This document shows, in pieces, positions 19,722 to 28,125 of a DNA stretch of 64,000 bases. This stretch comes from Acidobacteriota bacterium. GTDB taxonomy: Bacteria; Acidobacteriota; Terriglobia; Terriglobales; Acidobacteriaceae. The notes under the pieces are model-generated. The model was not told where the DNA came from. It ran no database searches and saw only the letters and a list, made by a program, of their open reading frames with translations. The stretch lies in the NCBI GenBank assembly GCA_013289795.1, contig JABCZH010000001.1, positions 401,768-465,767 on the forward strand, written 5' to 3'. Made by a program: the position numbers and the translations under genes. The first letter of the stretch is position 1. Every line of letters starts with the position of its first letter.

Positions 19722-22622
19722 TTAGTCGTCCCCGTCACCGGCAGGCGCCGGTTTGTTGAATTCGCTCGGGGGGCGAACCGTCTTCTCGCCGGGATACGGC
19801 CGCGTAAACCCGGTGGCCATATACCAGTTCAAATGGTTGACGGTGTCCGGGTCTTCGGCGTCGGGCTTGGTCAGCTTGCCGGCGAAGATCTCCGTCTTCT
19901 TCTGGAGCCAAGCTGCCCTTAGAGCCTTGGCCTTAGCGCTGCCCGCTGGGGGTAGTACCTTCGCGTCAACGCCCTGATTGAGGGGGACTTGGGCCGGCAA
20001 GTGCGACCATGGCTGGAAGTTATCCTGGGGCGGCTGGTTGACGAAATCCGGTCTCATCGGTGACGCCACGAGATCGAACTGGTTCATGGGCGGCAGACCG
20101 AGGATTTGCTCGATCGTCCGAGTCATGTTGACCTGCGTGTAGTAAGTGTGGTCGGTGGGTCCATACTGCACCGCGTATGGGCTGACGATATAGCCTGGGC
20201 TGCGATGACCGTCGACGTGGTCGACGCCGTTCTGCGCGTCGTCCTCCTCCATGAAGATTGCCGACGTGGACCAAACGTTGCTGTGGCTGATGTCGTCGAT
20301 AATGCGCCCAACGGCCAGGTCGTTATCGGCCTGTTCGGCGTCCACGGTCGGCGGACCGCCGGTGTGGTCGCACATGATCCACAGGATGCTCAACGCCGGT
20401 ACCGTACCCGCGGTGACGTCACTGTTGAAGTCCTGCTGCCAGAGATCGACGCGGAACTGATCGGGGATGTTCAGATCGAACTGCGGGAAGTTCTTGATGA
20501 GGTGGTTATACACGGCCGGGAGAGAGGACTCCGCCTGGACCGTGTTCTGATAGTAGAGTGTCGTCTCGCCCTGGGTTCCAGGCGGTCCGCAATTCGGCCC
20601 TCCCTCGAAGCACTGCGAGTCTGCGTAAAATTCGCTCCAGCTCGGCTCCTGCGTCGACCCGCCGGGCTGTAGGAACGTATCGTTCTCGACGTATTCGCCG
20701 TAGATCTTTACCGGCAGACCGGCGGCCGCCGCTTCCGAGAACAGGAAGCCCTTCTTCTGATAGGCGAGAGCATCGCCGCCGTTCCCGCCCGGATAGCTGC
20801 GGTCCCAGTCAGGCGATTGAATATCGTCGGCGTAGGGTGCCATGCCCTCTTGGATCCACTGGTGACCGTCGGCCGACTGGCGGCTCGGGTCGTAGAAATT
20901 GTCCAAGAGAGGGAAGCGCGTCACTAGGTTGTGCGCGTTCGGAGTGTCCTGGCCGCCGAACACTGCCAGAGAGGCGTCGCCATTGCCAGCGGCCACGTCA
21001 CCCAGGATCTGGTCATAGGTGCGGTTTTCACGGATGATCAGGAACACGTGCTTGATCAGCGAGGGATCGCCGATCTTGGCTGGGATTGCGACCGGCTTGG
21101 TATTCGGACTTCCACCGGAGGCAGACTGGATATTTTGGATTAGATCCCAGTGGTTGTACTCGAAAACCTGCTTCGTCATGGCCTCCAAGGTCCCGTTATT
21201 GGGCACGGGGACGATGCTGACGGTGCCATTGTCCTGGTGAGTATTATAGTCGCAGACGTTGTAGTCGCACTCGAACGAATAACGCGTGCCGACGCCCTTG
21301 TCGTTGGCAACGAGGAGCGCGTTTTGGGCCGCGTCCAGCACCACCGAACTCGGCGCATAGGCCACGGGGATCAAGCCCATGACGGGATCTTTTCCGGGGT
21401 TGGTGAGGTTGACCACCGCGATCGAGTTGGCATTGTAAAGGGCGACATAGGCAATGCCTTTGTTGGCATCGACGGCGATCGAGTTCGGCGCGGCGCCATA
21501 GGCCGGGCCCTGACCGGGCACTCCGATTGGCAGGCTAAGGTTGATCGTCCGCACCACCTGGTTGCTGCCCGTGTCGATCACCGAGATGCTGTCGCTGTAG
21601 GTGTTGGCAACCAACAGGTAGTGTCTGTATAGCGCCATCCCGGTCGGGTGCAGACCAGTCGAAATGGTAGCGGTGACTGTCATCGAGTGCAGATCAACCA
21701 CAGAAACGGTACCGGTAACCGCGGCGCCAACCACCGGGTCGGCGACGATTTCAGTGCCGGCGGACCAGATCTGGAAGTCCGACTGCATAGCGGCCCGGCC
21801 ACCCTCGTTGCTGACGTAGGCCGTCGTGCCGTTGCTGTTGATCACGATGCTGTGGGGCGCGTTGCCGACGCGGATCTGCGTCCCCTGCTGGTTCGTGTTC
21901 AGGTTGATCTGGGTGAGCGTATCGTTCTGGTTCAGCAGGGCGTAGGCGCTGGTGCCATCCTGTGAGATCGCGACGCCGCCGGGATAGGAAGTGCTCGGAG
22001 TGTAGAACGTGCCACAGGGTACGCCATAAGAGCCCGGCGGGCTGTTTTGGAAGCATGTGATGAAAGAATTGTTCGGCGGAACGCTGATCTGCGCGTTGTC
22101 TCCCAGTAAACCCTGTGCATTGACGTTGGCGACAGTGACATTGCTACTGTCCTGGCTGAACACCAGGTGCTTGCCGTCCCCCGAATAGGCTATGCCGCTA
22201 TAGCTGCCGCTCGAATCCGCTCCGAACGGGATGTAGTTCTGCAGGACAACACCGGTCTTGGTGTCGAATACCTCGACGGCTCCGTTGCCGTCGCTCGTCG
22301 ATGTGCCAAGGGTGAGGACTGCGGCGGTGTGAGTGCTGAGATTGGGGTTCAGCGCGATCGCCTTCGCGCGGACCCGAATGCCGAGGTCGACTTGAGTGCC
22401 GGATGGGTTGATGATCTGGCCATTGCTGACGACCCACGTGCCGTTCGTCTGCGGGCCGGTGAAGTATTGCGGGTAGTACTGGTTGCCCTGGGCAGCAGCA
22501 ACCCCAGGAAGGCTCAGACCCATCGCCAGCAGGCCGGCGAGCGGACGCAGATGGTTGATGCTCGACTTATTTCGAGACTTGATTCGAAACGATTTTCGAA
22601 ACTTGGATGTTTTTCGAGACAT
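19722..22622 (-). CDS. Secreted YVTN-type beta-propeller fused to a phosphoesterase (PlcC/AcpA family) domain
   Basis: 966 aa from the ATG at 22622 (basic N-region plus hydrophobic signal). N-terminal about 500 aa have YVTN/lactonase-like beta-propeller repeats. C-terminal about 450 aa carry phosphoesterase-family motifs HVFLIIRENRTYDQILGD, ILWIMCDHTGG, VDHVDGHRSPGY. Confidence 0.85.
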   Translation of the reverse strand: MSRKTSKFRKSFRIKSRNKSSINHLRPLAGLLAMGLSLPGVAAAQGNQYYPQYFTGPQTNGTWVVSNGQIINPSGTQVDLGIRVRAKAIALNPNLSTHTAAVLTLGTSTSDGNGAVEVFDTKTGVVLQNYIPFGADSSGSYSGIAYSGDGKHLVFSQDSSNVTVANVNAQGLLGDNAQISVPPNNSFITCFQNSPPGSYGVPCGTFYTPSTSYPGGVAISQDGTSAYALLNQNDTLTQINLNTNQQGTQIRVGNAPHSIVINSNGTTAYVSNEGGRAAMQSDFQIWSAGTEIVADPVVGAAVTGTVSVVDLHSMTVTATISTGLHPTGMALYRHYLLVANTYSDSISVIDTGSNQVVRTINLSLPIGVPGQGPAYGAAPNSIAVDANKGIAYVALYNANSIAVVNLTNPGKDPVMGLIPVAYAPSSVVLDAAQNALLVANDKGVGTRYSFECDYNVCDYNTHQDNGTVSIVPVPNNGTLEAMTKQVFEYNHWDLIQNIQSASGGSPNTKPVAIPAKIGDPSLIKHVFLIIRENRTYDQILGDVAAGNGDASLAVFGGQDTPNAHNLVTRFPLLDNFYDPSRQSADGHQWIQEGMAPYADDIQSPDWDRSYPGGNGGDALAYQKKGFLFSEAAAAGLPVKIYGEYVENDTFLQPGGSTQEPSWSEFYADSQCFEGGPNCGPPGTQGETTLYYQNTVQAESSLPAVYNHLIKNFPQFDLNIPDQFRVDLWQQDFNSDVTAGTVPALSILWIMCDHTGGPPTVDAEQADNDLAVGRIIDDISHSNVWSTSAIFMEEDDAQNGVDHVDGHRSPGYIVSPYAVQYGPTDHTYYTQVNMTRTIEQILGLPPMNQFDLVASPMRPDFVNQPPQDNFQPWSHLPAQVPLNQGVDAKVLPPAGSAKAKALRAAWLQKKTEIFAGKLTKPDAEDPDTVNHLNWYMATGFTRPYPGEKTVRPPSEFNKPAPAGDGDD

Positions 22623-22856
22623 GTACCGTTCTCCTCTTTGGATTTTCTTCATCACGCAGCCGGAATCGGCCGTGAGACATTGGAGCGGAAATACCACCGG
22701 CGTAATCTTTACAGACGACCTGTGACGGCTCTATGACCGTCGAGTGAAATTTCCGTTAAATGCGCCGAACCTTTTCTCGCGAATGTGATTTCGACACTTG
22801 AGCGTTGACTGTTGATGAAGCCGAACGGATAATGAAACACCCTCGGAGGAAGACCT

Positions 22857-23585
22857 ATGTCCAGCGCTCCCCAGTCCCGCAAGACATTCAAACTTTCCGA
22901 TTCCCTTAGCCGTCAACTCAATACGTATGCGCAGGTGGCAAGCGCAGCCGGAGTGAGTGTGCTGGCGCTGGCCGGGGCCTCCGAGGCGACGGTTGTTTAT
23001 ACGGAAACGTATCAGGTGACGCACACAGGCTTTCCCCTATACATTGATCTCAACCACGACGGCATCAATGATTTTCTAGTACGCACGACGTTTTATGCGG
23101 GCACCACGGGATTAGAGGTAGGGCTCAATGCATCCGGATGTCGCAATACTAAGAACGTGGTCGCCGGTAGACGTTTTGGTCGCAGCGGCTATTTTCTCTC
23201 TGCTGCCTACGCTTTGCCCGCCGGCGCACGAATCGGACCAAAAGGCAATTTCTCCGTTCGTTTCCCATTGATGGCAGAGGAGCTTTTCAACGGTGTCGGT
23301 AGCCAGTATTCCGACCTAGGCGCGTGGGTCGGCACGGGTAAGGGTGTCACGGATCGATATTTGGGACTAAAGTTCGTCGTTCGCGGCGAAGTTCACTACG
23401 GCTGGGCCAGACTCAGCGTCACGCTTGGGCACTATCGGCAATTCGACGATGTGAGCGGCACTCTGACTGGATATGCTTACGAGACCGTCCCCGATAAGCC
23501 TATCATCGCAGGCCAGATCACTGGCCCGGATGTGATTACAGTGCCGCCCGAAACGTTAGGCGGGTTGGCGCTCGGAAGAAAATAG
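22857..23585 (+). CDS. Hypothetical secreted protein
   Basis: 242 aa; signal-like VASAAGVSVLALAGASEA. No recognisable domain. Confidence 0.5.
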   Translation: MSSAPQSRKTFKLSDSLSRQLNTYAQVASAAGVSVLALAGASEATVVYTETYQVTHTGFPLYIDLNHDGINDFLVRTTFYAGTTGLEVGLNASGCRNTKNVVAGRRFGRSGYFLSAAYALPAGARIGPKGNFSVRFPLMAEELFNGVGSQYSDLGAWVGTGKGVTDRYLGLKFVVRGEVHYGWARLSVTLGHYRQFDDVSGTLTGYAYETVPDKPIIAGQITGPDVITVPPETLGGLALGRK

Positions 23586-23619
23586 CCTCTTATCTCAACT
23601 GTTGCAAAAAGGATCCGCC

Positions 23620-24168
23620 ATGAAACGCAAAAACAAGCTCACGATTGCGATAGCCACGGCAGTGCTCGCCGTCCTCGGCGCCGCGGCCGTTTACGCGGGA
23701 GTCCATGACGACGCCAAGTACTCGCTGAAATCGCCAAGTGGAATCGCGTTCTCCGACTTCAAGGGATACGAGGACTGGTCAGTCGTCTCTTCCGCCCGGA
23801 CCGACGAAGTGCTCAAGGTAATCGTCGCCAATCCGGCCATGATCAAAGCGTACAAGGCCGGCGTTCCGGGCAATGGCCAGCCTTTCCCAGACGGCTCCAT
23901 GATCGTGAAGCTCCAGTGGAAGCCGAAGAAGAGCACGGAGGCTCAATTCGTCGTGGATGTGCCGGACGTCTTTAGCCAGGCTTTCGTCATGGAAAAGGAC
24001 AGCAAGAGATTTCCGAAAAGCGGTGGGTGGGGATACGCGGTGTTCAACTACGAAGCCGCGTCGGACAAGTTCACGGCCGATCCCAAGAGCCTCTCAGACT
24101 GCGGAAACGCCTGTCATACGGTCGTGAAGGCGAAAGACTATATCTTCCACCCGTACCAAAAGCGTTGA
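23620..24168 (+). CDS. Cytochrome P460 family protein
   Basis: 182 aa from the ATG at 23620 (AAGGA SD). Signal peptide, single CGNACH heme-binding motif near the C-terminus, and conserved FKGYEDW, DGSMIVKLQWKPKK, GGWGYAVF and DYIFHPY segments typical of cytochrome P460. Confidence 0.75.
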   Translation: MKRKNKLTIAIATAVLAVLGAAAVYAGVHDDAKYSLKSPSGIAFSDFKGYEDWSVVSSARTDEVLKVIVANPAMIKAYKAGVPGNGQPFPDGSMIVKLQWKPKKSTEAQFVVDVPDVFSQAFVMEKDSKRFPKSGGWGYAVFNYEAASDKFTADPKSLSDCGNACHTVVKAKDYIFHPYQKR

Positions 24169-24257
24169 ACCGCGCGTGTCGCAGCATAAAGTACCCGGCC
24201 GAACAATCTCCAGGAGAGACGGGGTGTTCACCGGTTTTTTTCGGCTCATGGCGTGAA

Positions 24258-24300
24258 GGGACCGGGGTACGTCCCGTTGTCCCCGCATTTGCCCCCCGCA
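24258..24300. repeat. Short intergenic repeat, copy A (hairpin GGGACCGGGGTACGTCCC + TCCCCGCATTTGCCCCCCGCA)
   Basis: 19 of 20 nt identical to the copy at 30981..31000. The hairpin half is shared with the copy at 25357..25373. Confidence 0.4.
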
Positions 24301-24413
24301 GGTCGGCTGGATACCCGCTCAAAACGCTGCCCAACGTCAGAACGCTGACACCTTGTTTTTGAAACTGATCCAGGAAGGAGTTATCCTTATCCGTTATCTT
24401 TATTCAAGGATAT

Positions 24414-24809
24414 GTGCCTATGACAGACTGGTTCGCACGCCCCGTTCTGCACGTAACCGATGTTGAGGCCTCGATCCTTTTTTACGTTAACCGGCTCGGC
24501 TTTACCAGCCCCTGGCGTTACGACGAGGACGGCCGAGCGCAGGTTGCACAAGTCGACCGGCAGGGCTGCGCGCTTATCCTGGCCGATACGTGGCCGGAGA
24601 AGATTGGCAAGGGGCTGATGTTCATTTCCCTGAACGTCGAGCCGCAGACGCGCGAGGCCGCCGTCGCCGCATTGGACGCGCTGCGCTCGGAACTCGAGGC
24701 CAAGGGCGTCCCAGTGAAGGATGGTTCGTGGGGCTATCGGCTCCTGGTAGTCGATGATCCCGACGGCAATCAGCTCTTCTTCAACTATCCGCGCGAGACT
24801 GCGTCCTAA
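24414..24809 (+). CDS. VOC-family (glyoxalase/bleomycin-resistance/dioxygenase) protein
   Basis: 131 aa; HV.D...S..FY...LGF and a C-terminal acidic/Trp-rich half typical of the VOC fold. Confidence 0.8.
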   Translation: MPMTDWFARPVLHVTDVEASILFYVNRLGFTSPWRYDEDGRAQVAQVDRQGCALILADTWPEKIGKGLMFISLNVEPQTREAAVAALDALRSELEAKGVPVKDGSWGYRLLVVDDPDGNQLFFNYPRETAS

Positions 24810-24862
24810 TCAAGCGGCCGCGTAGGCATGGCCGGTTCCACGGAAATACTTCGAAGATTATG

Positions 24863-25324
24863 TCAGCCGGCGTGAGCGCGAATGCGGTCTTTCAAGAACC
24901 GGCAGGTTGCGCCCAATCCGTGCGCGAGGAGCGCGGAAAGGATGAAGGGGAAAAAGGTGACGGCCAGTCCGATCACACATATCGTACATTTGAACGAAAA
25001 AGCGACACACACAGCGATCCATGCCGCCAGGCAGACTGGAGCTGCATCATTTGAAGACCAGGTGCTATCAGAGTAGGCCAAAACAGCGAACGGTAATGCC
25101 GAGATAAGGCAAATCCCGGCAAGTTGGTCGGACCCGCTGTGGAGCACACCGAGATGCATCCCAAGATAAATCGCGTAGGGGACGGCCAAAAAGCAAAACA
25201 GACCAAGGCATTGGCGCACTTTGCATTCGCTACCTTCCCACGCTTCGCAAATATAGTCCCGCATATTGAAAGTATTGTCGCTGCAATGAGCGGCCCGCGC
25301 CAAGATGCCGAGAGGATCAGGCAA
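24863..25324 (-). CDS. Hypothetical Cys-rich membrane protein (uncertain)
   Basis: 153 aa with 3-4 hydrophobic helices and many Cys. Lower local G+C. Its 5' part overlaps degenerate copies of the short repeat, so it may be partly spurious. Confidence 0.3.
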   Translation of the reverse strand: MPDPLGILARAAHCSDNTFNMRDYICEAWEGSECKVRQCLGLFCFLAVPYAIYLGMHLGVLHSGSDQLAGICLISALPFAVLAYSDSTWSSNDAAPVCLAAWIAVCVAFSFKCTICVIGLAVTFFPFILSALLAHGLGATCRFLKDRIRAHAG

Positions 25325-25421
25325 ATGTTACTGAAGTCATTCGAACCGACAATGAGAACCGGGGTACGTCCCTTCTGCCCCCACACTTCGTCTGTCCCCA
25401 CACTTCGCCCACATTTGCTCG
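25245..25421. repeat. Degenerate array of CCCCRCAYTTSG-like units plus hairpin GAACCGGGGTACGTCCC (copy B)
   Basis: Units TTCCCACGCTTCG, AGTCCCGCATATTG, CCCCCACACTTCG, TCCCCACACTTCG, CCCACATTTGCTCG. Hairpin half at 25357..25373 is identical over ACCGGGGTACGTCCC to copy A. Confidence 0.35.
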
Positions 25422-25437
25422 TCCGGTGCCCATGACG

Positions 25438-27699
25438 CTACTGGGTCGCCGGACCCATTGCGACAGCACTCCGTGCCTTCGGCCCGGGATCATGCGACAC
25501 AGGATGTACCCCGGCAGATTTGAAGCGCGAGCGCTCACGTTCGAGCTTCTCCATGTCCTGTGTGCGGTCGGCGAAGCGCACCGTCTCATAATTTCTGCGG
25601 ATCGCCATGATGCGGTAGCCGAAGCTCAGGCTGACCGTCCCCCCGCCCAGCTCGTGCACTTCAAAGGAGCCCGCCGCCCGCTTAGTCACATACAGTCCCT
25701 TGCAGTCACCATACGGCGTGAGAAACACCTGATACTTCTCGCCGGTGTTGACGGTCTGGATATAGGTCGGGTCCAATTGCACGACCGCCGCGCCGTTGAC
25801 CAGTTCGGCCTCTCCCGCGTCCTCAAACCAGTTCTGCGGCGACTCGATGGCCGACATCGCCACCTGGCGCGCACCGCCATCCACCGGCACCACCGCGTTC
25901 TTGGTGCCCGAGCAGGTCAGGTTGCCGTTGGCGTCCACGAAACAAGAACCTTTGGCTCCCATGGCAACGAGAGGGCGGCTGGCACTGTTCATCGATTGGA
26001 TAAAGACGCCGTCGTACCCAACCGGCGAGGTGTTGATGAACAGGCCGGCGTATCCGTCATCCGTCGTACCTAATACTCCGGTAGTAGGGCATGCCGATAT
26101 ACAACTATTGGCTAGTTTCTTTCCCCCATCGCCCCACACGCCTACTCCGGTAGCGTTGAAGCCGCTTCCCGTTATGCTTTCCAAGCCGTACTGGCCGAAA
26201 ACGCCTTCGCCGATGGCGTTGGTGTTGATTACTTGGCCATAGGTTCCGATCGGCGAGCCGGTGGAGGAAGTAGCGAGCCCGACTACACCGTACGCGTTGG
26301 ACGCGCTGCTGAAGGTCTCGCCCTCCACGCCCCATCCAGCGCCGGTAGAGGTGGTCGCTGCCCCGTAGATCGTCGGCGACGCTGGGTTCGAGCTGCTGGC
26401 GCTAAGGGGGGTCGGGAAAGATCCTCCCGTGATGGTTGCGCTTACTGCCGAGAGGGTATGCGCCGTGACCCCTTGAACGACACTCAAGGCTTCCGCTGAG
26501 ATGTTGCCGGCACTGAAGCCGGCGCCGTTGTCGCGTTTGACTATGGCGTTGGCCGTGGCGTTGTTGTCAGGCGGCACTGTCCAAATCAGGCTCAGCGTCC
26601 CGCTCGTTGTTATCGGTGATCCTTCCAGGATAAAGTCACTTGTCGGCGCGGTCATTGCCACGCTGGTCACGGTGCCCGACCCGGTGCCTGGAAAAGTTTG
26701 CCCTGCAGCGAAGGTGATCTGTCCACTGCTGGAGATGTTCAATCCGGTCTCGCTGGGAGAACCCGAGCCGCTGCTGTAAAGAAGATTGAGAGTTCCAGTT
26801 GGATTCGAAGTGTTGTTGCCGCTGGGTTCCGTCTGCCACTGGAACAACGGCCCGATCGCTTTTCCCGTGCCACTGTTGAATGCCGACCCTTGCGCTGAGA
26901 AAGGCTGGGAATTGAACCCCCTGGCTGAGGTCGCCGTACCCGTACTGGGCAATTGCAACGCCCCACGCGCGATCACACCGCCGTTTACATCCAGCGTCGC
27001 GGCCGGCGTGGTGGTGTTGATGCCCAGGGTCGCGGTGTTTCCCGACCCCAATTGAAACAGCACAGAGTTTGTGAGGATCGAGGGAGAGAACCAGAGCGGA
27101 ACGAAATTGGTGGTGCCCGAACCCGACACGACCGAGGCTGCCGGAGCGGAACCCGTGTTCTCGTTGCCGCCGCTACCTGGCAGGTTTGACGATACTGGCC
27201 CGGCCAAAATGAACGCCGACGGCGGCAGCCCGCCGATAGTCTCCGCGTCGCGCGCTTTCAGGGCATAGGGAGCGCTGGCCAGCAGCACGCGAGGCTGTTC
27301 GGCCTGTCCCGAGACTTGCACTCCCACCCAGTGGGCCTGCTCGGTCGTGAACAAGTCAGTTGGCAGCCCATCGGGCTTGGTTGATCCCAGCAGGGCCACG
27401 AAGTGGCCGCGGCTGTCGGCGGTAATGTTCTGCGTCTCCAGCCAGAGCGCAGCACCGCCGGTTTGCTCGGAGTAAAGAGCAAACGTAATGCCGACCACGC
27501 CGGTCAAGGGATTGCCGTTGAGGTCCTTGACGGTGCCGCCGAAGCGCACCAGACGAGGAAGGGCGGATGCCGTCTCAGCGGTTGTCTGCTGGGGTGACAC
27601 CGCCCACAACAGACAGCCCTCAAAGCAAGGTTCGGCGAGAAGGACCAGACAGATCGCGCGGACGATCAGAGTAAGGGGTCGACGGGTTCGCTTTGTCAT
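25438..27699 (-). CDS. Large secreted Gly/Ser/Thr-rich beta-repeat protein (tail-fibre-like)
   Basis: 753 aa with N-terminal signal/TM segment. Long low-complexity repeats (SGSGTTNF, TLDVNGGVIARGALQLPSTG). No catalytic motif recognised. Confidence 0.65.
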   Translation of the reverse strand: MTKRTRRPLTLIVRAICLVLLAEPCFEGCLLWAVSPQQTTAETASALPRLVRFGGTVKDLNGNPLTGVVGITFALYSEQTGGAALWLETQNITADSRGHFVALLGSTKPDGLPTDLFTTEQAHWVGVQVSGQAEQPRVLLASAPYALKARDAETIGGLPPSAFILAGPVSSNLPGSGGNENTGSAPAASVVSGSGTTNFVPLWFSPSILTNSVLFQLGSGNTATLGINTTTPAATLDVNGGVIARGALQLPSTGTATSARGFNSQPFSAQGSAFNSGTGKAIGPLFQWQTEPSGNNTSNPTGTLNLLYSSGSGSPSETGLNISSSGQITFAAGQTFPGTGSGTVTSVAMTAPTSDFILEGSPITTSGTLSLIWTVPPDNNATANAIVKRDNGAGFSAGNISAEALSVVQGVTAHTLSAVSATITGGSFPTPLSASSSNPASPTIYGAATTSTGAGWGVEGETFSSASNAYGVVGLATSSTGSPIGTYGQVINTNAIGEGVFGQYGLESITGSGFNATGVGVWGDGGKKLANSCISACPTTGVLGTTDDGYAGLFINTSPVGYDGVFIQSMNSASRPLVAMGAKGSCFVDANGNLTCSGTKNAVVPVDGGARQVAMSAIESPQNWFEDAGEAELVNGAAVVQLDPTYIQTVNTGEKYQVFLTPYGDCKGLYVTKRAAGSFEVHELGGGTVSLSFGYRIMAIRRNYETVRFADRTQDMEKLERERSRFKSAGVHPVSHDPGPKARSAVAMGPATQ

Positions 27700-28125
27700 T
27701 GCAGTTACCTTTCTTAGAGCTGATTTTCGAGTGCAAGGGGCTCACAACGTTCGGAGTCGTGGCGCTTCCGTAGTGCGTGGTCGGGGAGGTAGCGCTGCTG
27801 TCGCCGGGGGTGATCTGTGCGCTGGCCGCAAGAGCAAGCAAGATCAGGGTCATCACCGTACAGCGCAGAACCGAACGTAAAATGAGGGTTGCCGAGGTCA
27901 CGAGTGTCCTCACTCAAGGGCGTTTTGCTATTTGCGCCTTGGGCTGTGCGCAATATGTGCGATGACCATCGAGAGGTCAACTTACTCCGTACTTACTCCT
28001 ACCTTAACGTCCAAATCGCTGATTTTGTGCCGGTTACGATGTCTCGTGAAATGGGAGAAGCTTCCGGGCGAAACCCATGCTAGACTTCAGAGCGCAAATC
28101 GGGCCTGGGGAAGGTCAAACTTCGC

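Noticed and set aside
24221-24247. T7 run after the cytochrome P460 gene as an intrinsic terminator
   Set aside because: The preceding sequence forms only a 3-4 bp stem. Without a stable hairpin it is not convincing, although the T-run itself is notable in GC-rich DNA.
27620-27913. 97-aa minus-strand ORF with signal-peptide-like segment upstream of the large repeat protein
   Set aside because: Overlaps the start of 25438..27699 by about 80 bp in another frame. No SD. Composition consistent with a frame artefact.
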